NCBI GenBank assembly: GCA_943788175.1
Contig: CALSPG010000005.1
Coordinates: 256,001 to 320,000, forward strand
Direction: 5' to 3'
Origin: an uncultured bacterium
GTDB lineage: Bacteria > Fidelibacterota > Marinisomatia > Marinisomatales > UBA1611
DNA: 64,000 bases
Below, piece after piece: positions 28,385 through 37,448 of the stretch (positions within the stretch are counted from its first letter, which is position 1; the number at the start of each line of letters is the position of its first letter). A model generated the notes under the pieces. The model worked only from the letters and a program-made list of their open reading frames with translations, did no database searches and had not been told where the DNA came from. A program made the position numbers and the translations under genes.

Positions 28385-29275
28385 ATGGAAACTAAATATC
28401 CACTAATAAAAAGAGGTTGGTTAAGGGCACTTTTGTTCTTCTTTACTTTTTTTATATTCATAACGCTATTTGATTTAGTAGGTATAGCTATTGTCGCATA
28501 TTATAGTGAATATGGTTTTGAAGAATTCATTTCAGATCCAGAATTAATAATGGAAAATAAAATGATGTTGTTGATGATGGTATGTCAACTTATTGGCACT
28601 ATTTTCACTGTTGGTCTTTTTCAAAAGTTTATTAATAGAGAAGGTTTTGCTTCCATTGGTTTGAATTTTGTTGGTTTTAAAATTGACTTTTATAAAGGGC
28701 TCTTGGCAGGAACTGTTTTAATTTGCTCTGGTTTCATACTACTAACAGTTTTAAATCTTACGTTAATAGATTTAACTTATTTTTCTTTATATGATCAAAT
28801 ATTTTATTTTTTCCTTTTTGCGATTGTATCGTTAAATGAGGAAATAGCAATAAGAGGATACATTTTACATAATTTGAGTAGCTCCTTTAATAAGTATGTT
28901 GCTTTGATTATATCTTCCTTGGTTTTTATGATTATGCATCTCGGAAATCCAAATATTGGAATTTTGCCTTTAGTAAATTTATTTCTTGCTGGAATATTTT
29001 TAGGAATTTATACAATACATAAAAATAATTTATGGTTTCCCATAGGTGCACATTTAACATGGAATTATCTGCAAGGACCAATATTTGGTTTTGAAGTTAG
29101 TGGAAATAAAATTAATAGTTTATTTGAACAAAAACCAAATGGCCATGAATTATTAACAGGTGGAAACTTTGGATTTGAAGGTTCTATTATTTTGACTCTT
29201 TTTCTCATGATAAGTATTTTTTATATGGATGGATATTTTCAGAAGACTGAGATATTTAAGCCAAGTACTTTATAA
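28385..29275 (+). CDS. CPBP (CAAX/Abi) intramembrane metalloprotease
   Basis: EEIAIRG, FMIMHLGN, HLTWN. Confidence 0.9.
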   Translation: METKYPLIKRGWLRALLFFFTFFIFITLFDLVGIAIVAYYSEYGFEEFISDPELIMENKMMLLMMVCQLIGTIFTVGLFQKFINREGFASIGLNFVGFKIDFYKGLLAGTVLICSGFILLTVLNLTLIDLTYFSLYDQIFYFFLFAIVSLNEEIAIRGYILHNLSSSFNKYVALIISSLVFMIMHLGNPNIGILPLVNLFLAGIFLGIYTIHKNNLWFPIGAHLTWNYLQGPIFGFEVSGNKINSLFEQKPNGHELLTGGNFGFEGSIILTLFLMISIFYMDGYFQKTEIFKPSTL

Positions 29276-29318
29276 TTCAAACGTTCGCTGAACTACTGAT
29301 AATTAATTAAATTTTCCC

Positions 29319-29960
29319 ATGGTGGAATCATACACAAGCACCTTCATAAATAATTTCATACTGATTTTTGTAGCAATAGATCCTTTTGCTCTTATTCCTA
29401 TTTTTGCAGGTATAACTCATGGTCTAAAAAAAAATGAAATAAAACGTATCTATTTAAGAGCTACTGTTATCTCATTCGTGATCTTATTTTTCTTCTCTAT
29501 TCTTGGGCATTCTTTATTGAGTGTCATGGGCATAAATATAAATTCTTTTAAAATTATTGGTGGACTATTTCTCATTTTTATAGCATTTGAAATGGTGTTT
29601 GAAAAAAGAGACGAAAGACGCCAAAATTTAGCAGATACGGCTCTCGATGAAGCCTCAGTTATTTCATTGGCAACATTTCCTTTAGCGATTCCGCTTATCG
29701 CTGGACCTGGGTCAATTACGATAACGATGCTCATTGCAGAAAATTCGGGACCAGATATAATAAGTAAAATGATTAATTTTTTTCCAGTTACCCTTTCTGT
29801 GTTTTTAGCAGGAATATGTATGTGGCTATCCTCTAAACTTGTTGAAACTATAAGTATGTCTTTATTAAGTGTAATTCAAAGAGTATTTGGATTGCTTCTT
29901 GGAGCGCTTGCAATAGAATATGTTATTTCAGGGATTAAGAACACATTTGGATTAGTATAG
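29319..29960 (+). CDS. marC: MarC family membrane protein
   Basis: IDPFALIPIF, FPLAIPLIAGPGSI, RVFGLLLGALA. Confidence 0.92.
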   Translation: MVESYTSTFINNFILIFVAIDPFALIPIFAGITHGLKKNEIKRIYLRATVISFVILFFFSILGHSLLSVMGININSFKIIGGLFLIFIAFEMVFEKRDERRQNLADTALDEASVISLATFPLAIPLIAGPGSITITMLIAENSGPDIISKMINFFPVTLSVFLAGICMWLSSKLVETISMSLLSVIQRVFGLLLGALAIEYVISGIKNTFGLV

Positions 29961-29991
29961 GTATTTAATAATTAAATAAAGAGGTGTCAAA

Positions 29992-30174
29992 TTGCCAAAC
30001 GTAAGAAAATTAAAGAGTGGAGAAGAAGCTGAAGAATTAAATTCTTCTGTTCAGCTAATAATTAAAACTAAATGTCCAAAAAAATGGATTATTGAAGATC
30101 TTGAAACTGGACAAAGATATAGAGCAAATGGTACTACTGAAGTCGGTACAATGTTTGATCTAATCGACTATTGA
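29992..30174 (+). CDS. Small hypothetical protein
   Basis: SD GAGGTG, TTG start, 60 aa with TKCPKKW...DLETGQ. Fills the intergenic gap. Confidence 0.6.
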   Translation: MPNVRKLKSGEEAEELNSSVQLIIKTKCPKKWIIEDLETGQRYRANGTTEVGTMFDLIDY

Positions 30175-30191
30175 TTTAAAAAGATTATTTT

Positions 30192-31076
30192 TTGTTAAAT
30201 AAAAATATTTTTTACTATTGTCTATTTTTCTTAACCCTCTTTCTAACATCAAGTGGTTTATATTCACAAAATAGGAAATCTTATTTTGATTGTCCCTGCC
30301 CACAAATAATTGCTCACCAGGGATCATCTCTGGAACTGCCTCCAAACACAGTTGAAGCTTTTGAGTTAGCACTAAACCAAGGTGCAGACATAATTGAACT
30401 AGATATTTGGCTAACTAAAGATGAAGAATGGGTAGTTGTGCATGATGAAAACTTATTAAAAATAACGGGAATTAATAAAAATGTTGGTGAATTGACTTTG
30501 TTGGAGATCAATTCTTTAGATGCCGGATATGGTTTTTATAAAAACAATACTGAACGTACAAGCCTCATTGCTAAGCAATATAAAATTCCATCATTAGAAA
30601 AAATTTTTAAAACTTTTTCAGATGAAAGAATTAATATTGAAATCAAAGATTCAAACCTGAGAGGTCTAGTAAGTCTTATTGATTTAATAAATGAATATAA
30701 AATGAGTGATAACATTCTTATTGTATCATCACATTATAACATAATTAAAAAATTTAGAAAGATGACTGCATATCAAATAATTACAGCAGCTTCAAGGAGC
30801 GATATAATAGGTATGATGTATTGGAGTTGGTTACCTTTATATGAACATAAATTTGATGCTTTTCAACTACCATTCTATTCTAAAACTGTGGAAAAATATA
30901 ATATGAATCATGCTTCATGGCTAAAAGACAAACAAGAAAAGCAATTAGAGGTCCATTATTACACATTAGATGATACAACAGATATCAAGCAAGCAATTTT
31001 AATCGGGGCTAATGGGATTATTACTAACAAGCCAAGGGTAGTGTATGATATCCTTAAAAATTTAGGGATGCGTTAG
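30192..31076 (+). CDS. Glycerophosphodiester phosphodiesterase
   Basis: IIAHQG, PPNT, IELDIWLTKD, VVHD, NIEIK, GIITNKP. Confidence 0.9.
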   Translation: MLNKNIFYYCLFFLTLFLTSSGLYSQNRKSYFDCPCPQIIAHQGSSLELPPNTVEAFELALNQGADIIELDIWLTKDEEWVVVHDENLLKITGINKNVGELTLLEINSLDAGYGFYKNNTERTSLIAKQYKIPSLEKIFKTFSDERINIEIKDSNLRGLVSLIDLINEYKMSDNILIVSSHYNIIKKFRKMTAYQIITAASRSDIIGMMYWSWLPLYEHKFDAFQLPFYSKTVEKYNMNHASWLKDKQEKQLEVHYYTLDDTTDIKQAILIGANGIITNKPRVVYDILKNLGMR

Positions 31077-31084
31077 TTAAGCCT

Positions 31085-32194
31085 ATGAATATTAAGTCTA
31101 AGCCTCATGAATCCTACGTTTTCCCTAGAACAAAAAAGGAAATTAGAAATAGATCTGTTTTAGCTGCTATGACAAACAAACAAAGTCACCATGATGGTAC
31201 ATTGTCAGATGAAGAAATTAATTGGCTTACAAGACGAGCAAAAGATGGGTTTGGAATTATAACTACTGCGGCTACGCATGTTTCTAAGAACGGCCAAGGA
31301 TGGGAAGGTGAATTTGGAGTTTATGAAGACTCCTTTATTGATAGGTTAAAAGTTTTAACAGATAGTATTCATGAGCATGATTGTTTGGTTTTCGCTCAAC
31401 TATTTCATGGGGGTATGAGAGCACCAGAAAGATTAACAGGTAATATTCCAATTTCAGCCAGTAAAATTCCTTGTAAGGAATCCTCAACAGGTTATACAAA
31501 ATCTGCTAATCAAAAAGATATAGAAAACATTATATTTGATTTTAAATCTGCTGCAGTCAGGTGTGTGGAAGCAGGATTTGATGGAATCGAACTCCATGGA
31601 GCTCATGGGTATTTGATATCTCAGTTTCTTGGTAAAAAAACTAATCACCGAAATGATATTTGGGGAGGAGACATCCATAATAGATCAAAATTTTTAATAA
31701 ATATTATCGATGAAATTAAAAAATCTGTCCCAGACTCTTTCATTGTTGGAGTCAGAATTTCGCCAGAAGTAAAAGATATGGGAATATTTTTAGACGATAG
31801 TCTAGAGCTTGCGAATATGTTAACAAAGAGTGGAATTGATTTTATTCATTTATCTTGTTGGGATTGTTTTAAAATATCTGATGAATATTCAAAAGACAAA
31901 AAAACAATAACTGAATGGTTTACTCAGACCATTCCAAACTTGCCTACTATAATAAGTACAGGAGGAATTTGGTCATCAAAAGATGCAACTGATGTTATGA
32001 TGCAAGGAGCTGACTTGATTGGTGTAGGTAGAGCAGCAATACCTTACCCAGATTGGAGTCTAAACCTTAAAGATGATAACTACAATCCTCCAAAGATGCC
32101 GTTTACATCAGCGCAGCTAACTAAAGCGGGGTTAAGTGATGTGTTTATTGCTTATATGAAAAATTGGAAAGGATTTGTTGAAGATGAAAAGTGA
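31085..32194 (+). CDS. NADH:flavin oxidoreductase (Old Yellow Enzyme family)
   Basis: QLFHGG, AGFDGIELHGAHGYLISQFL, NHRNDIWGG. Confidence 0.92.
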   Translation: MNIKSKPHESYVFPRTKKEIRNRSVLAAMTNKQSHHDGTLSDEEINWLTRRAKDGFGIITTAATHVSKNGQGWEGEFGVYEDSFIDRLKVLTDSIHEHDCLVFAQLFHGGMRAPERLTGNIPISASKIPCKESSTGYTKSANQKDIENIIFDFKSAAVRCVEAGFDGIELHGAHGYLISQFLGKKTNHRNDIWGGDIHNRSKFLINIIDEIKKSVPDSFIVGVRISPEVKDMGIFLDDSLELANMLTKSGIDFIHLSCWDCFKISDEYSKDKKTITEWFTQTIPNLPTIISTGGIWSSKDATDVMMQGADLIGVGRAAIPYPDWSLNLKDDNYNPPKMPFTSAQLTKAGLSDVFIAYMKNWKGFVEDEK

Positions 32195-33056
32195 TAATAA
32201 TCCATATGCAGATGCATTAAATGGACTTGATCTAAAAGATCCTGTATCAGCATTCTTTAAATTTTGTAGAGAACGTGAACAAATCAGAATAAAAAGGGAA
32301 AAAGGAGAGCCATTCCCTTGGTCACAGGATCAAATATTCCAAAAAGGTAGATTTCTAAATGTGTTTAGAGAAGATGACCGTGTAAGTAAATCTATTATAA
32401 AGTTTGCTGAGGGCCTCGAACAAAATCTGCCAGATTTAGTTCAAGCATTATTTTTTGCAAGATGGTGCAATAAAGGAGTAGTACTTGATGCTATTTCTAA
32501 AGATGTTTTAGCTGATAAAGCACTAATAAAAAATAAAATGATTGCTTTTGACTCCTGGTCAAATAAAACAGCTTATCCAGTAGAAGAAATAGAATGGAAT
32601 GGTAAAAAGTACTCTAGGCTAGAAGCTGCAACAACATTATTTCATGATATTAAAGATTCTTTATGTGAAATAATAAAAAGATCTGCCGGTGATGTAATAG
32701 TTGCTACTCAAGCTGTAAATCATGAGTTTAAAATGAACAATGATTTTCCAATATTTATGGCAGTCATTGACATTGCTTGGTTTCGGCCAGATATTATCAA
32801 GCCGACTAGCCCTGTGCCTACAGGTATTGGGGCGGTCGCATTTTTAGATAGACTTCAAAAATTTCTTGGTACTAAAAGCCATGAGGCAACATGTGATGAG
32901 ATGATTAAACTTCAAAATAGATATTGGCCAAATGCAAAACGTGAGTTTTTACCTATTGATGTTGAATATTTATCTTGTGAATGTCGTAAATATTACAGCT
33001 ATGTAAATGGCACAAAAAGATTTGAAGGTAAAAATATTTTCACTCCACCTACTTAA
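32175..33056 (+). CDS. aGPT-Pplase1 / 5-hmdU DNA kinase helical-domain protein
   Basis: FFKFCREREQIR...PWSQDQIFQKGRFLNVFREDDRVS and C-terminal DVEYLSCECRKY match my recollection of this family. Confidence 0.7.
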   Translation: MLKMKSDNNPYADALNGLDLKDPVSAFFKFCREREQIRIKREKGEPFPWSQDQIFQKGRFLNVFREDDRVSKSIIKFAEGLEQNLPDLVQALFFARWCNKGVVLDAISKDVLADKALIKNKMIAFDSWSNKTAYPVEEIEWNGKKYSRLEAATTLFHDIKDSLCEIIKRSAGDVIVATQAVNHEFKMNNDFPIFMAVIDIAWFRPDIIKPTSPVPTGIGAVAFLDRLQKFLGTKSHEATCDEMIKLQNRYWPNAKREFLPIDVEYLSCECRKYYSYVNGTKRFEGKNIFTPPT

Positions 33057-33071
33057 CTATGAAAGTGGTTT

Positions 33072-34130
33072 TTATTTAATTTTTCGAATGAAGTCAACGG
33101 CTCTTTGTGTGCTTTTTCCATCATTAAAATAAAAGCAATTATTAAGCATTTCATTATACAGGTTTACCAGGTTAGGATTATTTAAGTCCTCTGCTACCAT
33201 ATCACTAATATCAGATTTCTCACCATTATAATTTTTTGCTATAGATAGAACGCTCATTTCTTCTGGCATATTATGAAGCTGGTCGTAGTCATTATTTGCA
33301 ATGATTATAGGTTTTTTTGTAACCAAATATTCATAAATGATTGATGACGTATCACTAATCATCAAATCTGATATGGCAAAATCATTCATTGTGCTATTTT
33401 TAATTATTTTCGCTGGATTCGAAAAATAGACATTTTTATAGCCATTATATTTTGCCCAAAGCTTTAACAGCTTAATCTTCCCTCTATCATGGAAATGAGG
33501 TCTTATAATAAGATTATAATTTTTATCGAGCTCCCTGATAAATTTCTTTCCATATATTTCTAACGTGCCATTGCCCCACTTCCATGTTGGGGCATATAAT
33601 ATATTTTTTCTATCTTTATCTCTTATCTTCAAAAAATCATAATATTTTTCTCTATCAATTCGATCATTGATATAATCATCAAATTTTGGGTAACCAATTT
33701 TGATTAACTTTTCTTCTGGAATATGAATATCCATATCTTTTTGCTTGTGTATGTGTTTAGGTCCTGACACAAAATGGTAATCATATGTTTCTAAAGTATT
33801 TCCAGATCCTCCAAATTTTTTGTCTCCTGCTCCATGGCCAATAAATATTGAAATGGACTTATTTTTATCATGTTTAATTTCTGAATTTGAACCTGATATT
33901 ATTACTCCCTCTAAATCATAAACTTCATTTTTAGGTTTTTTCAATACTTTCGGTGCTTTAAATATTCCACCGCCAGTTATTTCTGTATTTCGGAGATAGT
34001 ACTTAAATCTTAGAGCTCTATTTAATTTATTTACAACAAATACCCCTCCAGTCTTATCGTAAATTGGTTTTGCATGACCATACTGATACACTTGATTGGC
34101 AAAGAAATATATATTATTCATTTCTGGCAA
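33072..34130 (-). CDS. CDP-glycerol glycerophosphotransferase (TagB/TagF) family protein
   Basis: FIGHG, IGYPKFD, ILYAPTW, IIRPH, SDLMISDTSSIIYEY, DGKSTQR. Confidence 0.85.
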   Translation of the reverse strand: MPEMNNIYFFANQVYQYGHAKPIYDKTGGVFVVNKLNRALRFKYYLRNTEITGGGIFKAPKVLKKPKNEVYDLEGVIISGSNSEIKHDKNKSISIFIGHGAGDKKFGGSGNTLETYDYHFVSGPKHIHKQKDMDIHIPEEKLIKIGYPKFDDYINDRIDREKYYDFLKIRDKDRKNILYAPTWKWGNGTLEIYGKKFIRELDKNYNLIIRPHFHDRGKIKLLKLWAKYNGYKNVYFSNPAKIIKNSTMNDFAISDLMISDTSSIIYEYLVTKKPIIIANNDYDQLHNMPEEMSVLSIAKNYNGEKSDISDMVAEDLNNPNLVNLYNEMLNNCFYFNDGKSTQRAVDFIRKIK

Positions 34131-34148
34131 AATTACGTTTAATCGATA

Positions 34149-34871
34149 TTAAATAAACTTTTTAGGATTTTGATTAATAAAATCAAGTGCCTCGGGAGTA
34201 TCAATATCTATCCAAGGGTAACTTTTTATATCTACACTACCCATTAAGCCCTTACTCATTAGTAAATTGCATGCATCGGACAATGAGCACTCATCTTTTT
34301 CTTTAGCTTCTTTTAAATAATCAAAGAATTCGTATTTGCATTTAAAAATACCGCAATCAATTGCATTGTAGTTTGATAATGTTTTAGACATAAAACGTAT
34401 CAAATTTGAATCTTCATCGATCTTTAATTTCATCCCGTCATCAATATCGTGGATCTCATCAATTTTATAGTCAGCCCCTACGCTTGCAATAGTATTACTA
34501 TCTGACTTGTCATTTATGATTTTTAAAATATCACTCGTATAATAATGATCACTCATAGATATCATAAAATCTTCTCCAGTAGGTATATGCTTTTGAGCAG
34601 ATAAAACGCTTACACCATTTGCAAGTTTCCAGTCTGGATTATATGCTACTTCGATTTGGATTGGGGTTTGAAGCGTTTTTAAATGATTTTCAATAATATG
34701 ATTATTGAAGCCAGTTACCACTACGATGTTTTTAATACCAGCATCTATACAATTAGATAATAATTTATTTACAAGAGGTTGCCCCATTACAGGCACCAAA
34801 AGTTTAGGCGTATTATTTGATACGGATGATAGCCTTGAGCCTAAACCTGCAGCTATGATTACTAATTTCAA
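34149..34871 (-). CDS. CTP:inositol-1-phosphate cytidylyltransferase (IPCT)-like NTP transferase
   Basis: AAGLGSRL, NGVSVL, MSDHYY, AIDCGIF, WIDIDT parallel archaeal IPCT motifs. Directly downstream of ino1. Confidence 0.78.
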   Translation of the reverse strand: MKLVIIAAGLGSRLSSVSNNTPKLLVPVMGQPLVNKLLSNCIDAGIKNIVVVTGFNNHIIENHLKTLQTPIQIEVAYNPDWKLANGVSVLSAQKHIPTGEDFMISMSDHYYTSDILKIINDKSDSNTIASVGADYKIDEIHDIDDGMKLKIDEDSNLIRFMSKTLSNYNAIDCGIFKCKYEFFDYLKEAKEKDECSLSDACNLLMSKGLMGSVDIKSYPWIDIDTPEALDFINQNPKKFI

Positions 34872-34886
34872 TTAATACTTTTCTTA

Positions 34887-36173
34887 TTAATCTTGGTCTA
34901 AATGTGTGATAAGCTCTTCGCCCATAATATGACGGAGGGTATTTTTCAGCTTTGCTAGCTGAACAAATATATCATGTTCAGGACCAACATTAGGCCTAGT
35001 CATTGGACTTTTGAAGTAAAAGGATAGCCATTCTTGCACACCAAACATATTAGATTTTTTAGCTAAATCAAGAAATAAAACTAAATCTAAAACTATTGGA
35101 GCCGCTAAAATACTATCTCGACATAGAAAATCAACTTTGATTTGCATAGGGTATCCAAGCCAACCAAATATATCAATATTGTCCCAACCTTCTTTATCGT
35201 CTCCTCTTGGAGGGTAATAATTAATTCTCACTTTATGATAAAGGTCACTATAAAGATCAGGATTTTTTTCTGGTTCTAATATTGTGTCTAGTACACCAAG
35301 TTTACTTTCTTCTTTTGTTTTGAAAGCATCGGGGTCATCCAAGACTTCACCATCCCTGTTACCAAGAATATTAGTTGAGAACCAGCCATTTATTCCAAGT
35401 TGTCTAGCTTTCAAGCCTGGAGCTAATATGGTTTTCATTAGAGTTTGCCCAGTCTTAAAGTCTTTTCCCGCAATTGGAGTTTTTGTGGTTTCAGCTAATT
35501 CGACTAATGCTGGGATATCTGCAGATAAATTTGGTGCGCCATTTGCAAATGGAATACCTAGTTTGATAGCAGCATATGCATATATCATGCTTGGAGATAT
35601 AGCCGGACTATCATTTCGAAGGCCTTCCTCAAATTTATTAATAGATGAGTGAACATCAGATGGCTCAAAATATATTTCTGTGCTTCCACACCAAATCATC
35701 ACGTTAGATGTAATATTATTCTTTTCATTAAATGATTTTATATCATTCATTACTTGTTCAGCCAAGTCCATTTTGGAAGTTCCTGTTTTTATCCAGTTTC
35801 CATCTAAACGACGAACATACTCTTTATCGAAAACAGCTTTAAAAACATTGATATTTTCAAGCTCTGGCTTTAATTGATCTAAAAGAGTTTTGTCTAATAC
35901 TTTAGAGCGGATGCTAACATCGTAAACATTCTCGTTACTTATATCCCAACCGCCAAAAACTAGATTATTCATATCAGCAACAGGTGCAAAATCTTTAATA
36001 ATTGGAGAGCGTTTTTCAGATCTTTTTCCTAACCGGATTGAACCCATTTGGGTCATACTTCCGATTGGTTTTGATAATCCTTTATTACAAGCTAAAACAC
36101 CACAAATAAATGTGCTGGCAACTGCTCCCATTCCTGGAATTAATACTCCGACTTTTGGATTTTCATTGTTCAT
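34887..36173 (-). CDS. ino1: myo-inositol-1-phosphate synthase
   Basis: GMGAVAST, GKDFKTGQT, STNILGNRDG, RDSILAAP, LSFYFKSP. Confidence 0.95.
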   Translation of the reverse strand: MNNENPKVGVLIPGMGAVASTFICGVLACNKGLSKPIGSMTQMGSIRLGKRSEKRSPIIKDFAPVADMNNLVFGGWDISNENVYDVSIRSKVLDKTLLDQLKPELENINVFKAVFDKEYVRRLDGNWIKTGTSKMDLAEQVMNDIKSFNEKNNITSNVMIWCGSTEIYFEPSDVHSSINKFEEGLRNDSPAISPSMIYAYAAIKLGIPFANGAPNLSADIPALVELAETTKTPIAGKDFKTGQTLMKTILAPGLKARQLGINGWFSTNILGNRDGEVLDDPDAFKTKEESKLGVLDTILEPEKNPDLYSDLYHKVRINYYPPRGDDKEGWDNIDIFGWLGYPMQIKVDFLCRDSILAAPIVLDLVLFLDLAKKSNMFGVQEWLSFYFKSPMTRPNVGPEHDIFVQLAKLKNTLRHIMGEELITHLDQD

Positions 36174-36259
36174 ATTTTATTTCTTTATTTGTTAATTATG
36201 ATAAATTATTAATCGATTAATTTAGTAAAAAAAAGGTTAGTTTCTAACTATTCCAATCA

Positions 36260-37369
36260 CTATTTAAACCTATCTGCCCATGTTTTTGTTCTTAAAAGGT
36301 AATAATTATTATCTTGAGGTAGGTAATTTTCATAACTGTAGTCATTTATATTTTTTGGCTTTGCCGGTTCAATTTGCGACCCTTCATGCCACTCATTAAA
36401 TGAAGTTATACCTATGATGTTAGGTTTTGATTTTATCGCGGCATTAAACACGGCATCATAGTATTCCCCCGAATTTCTATCTTTATAATTTTGAGCATTC
36501 CAAGGCCTTATCCTAGTATCAGAATATCCAGGGCCAACGCAAGGTATAAATATTTTATTATTGTTTTTAGCCCAATTTGATAAAAACTGCCAATTTTTGC
36601 TACTAGACCCAAATGTGAATCCATCGCTGGCAAAATAAGTATAAATCCCATCAAAACCTCCATCGATGAAAAAGTCACTTTCATTTTCGTGTACCCATAG
36701 GCCTATTACATACGAATCTACTTTAGTGTCTCTAATTGTATTTAAGCCTTCGGGTTTCAGTATGGATGCCCAGTCATATTTCGATATATGATAGGAATCA
36801 TATACATAAAATAATGGCTTACCTTCAAAACGATAAAACGCACCATGCTTCCCATAAATTTTTATTATATAATTCATCATTTCTACGACCATTTCGGAAG
36901 ATCTGTTATTTATTGGCTCAAGGTGAAAATTGACTTTAATATTTCTAGACTCTGCTATATCCATAATGAGTCTTACATTTTTATCTTCAAATGAGTTTTT
37001 CCCCCACCAAGATAAAGTAACAACTCCAATACCTGATTGCTCAATCATTTGCATATGCTTGGATATAATAGATGTGTCGTTACTACTGTAACAACCTAGT
37101 TCAGGATAAAAGTTCGCTCCGATATCTTCATGACCTAAAAATTTAGGATAATTATCCCAAGTGGTATCAGACCAGTGAGGCAGTACTTCATGGTCCCAAT
37201 GCCTTTGTGTACCATCAATTTCATCATTACCATACCAGGCATAGTAAAACGTATGTAGATTGTAGTTTAAATTCTTTTTTTGCCGTGGCATTATATTTTT
37301 ACAACCAAAAAGAGTGATTAAAAATATAGTAGTAATCTTTAACGAATTGTTTTTTTTATATTTAATCAT
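36260..37369 (-). CDS. GH99 endo-alpha-mannosidase/mannanase, lipoprotein
   Basis: FYYAWYGN, IGANFYPELGCYSS, YTYFAS, ITSFNEWHEG. Lipobox LFGC. Confidence 0.9.
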   Translation of the reverse strand: MIKYKKNNSLKITTIFLITLFGCKNIMPRQKKNLNYNLHTFYYAWYGNDEIDGTQRHWDHEVLPHWSDTTWDNYPKFLGHEDIGANFYPELGCYSSNDTSIISKHMQMIEQSGIGVVTLSWWGKNSFEDKNVRLIMDIAESRNIKVNFHLEPINNRSSEMVVEMMNYIIKIYGKHGAFYRFEGKPLFYVYDSYHISKYDWASILKPEGLNTIRDTKVDSYVIGLWVHENESDFFIDGGFDGIYTYFASDGFTFGSSSKNWQFLSNWAKNNNKIFIPCVGPGYSDTRIRPWNAQNYKDRNSGEYYDAVFNAAIKSKPNIIGITSFNEWHEGSQIEPAKPKNINDYSYENYLPQDNNYYLLRTKTWADRFK

Positions 37370-37448
37370 TATTGTTTAAATAGATATAATTATCATATGA
37401 ATGATAATTAAATAATATAAAAGAAATATTTTTATATACATACTAGCA

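Noticed and set aside
32175-33056. Prophage around the DNA-modification-family gene
   Set aside because: The flanking genes are metabolic or membrane genes. No structural, replication or integrase genes are present.
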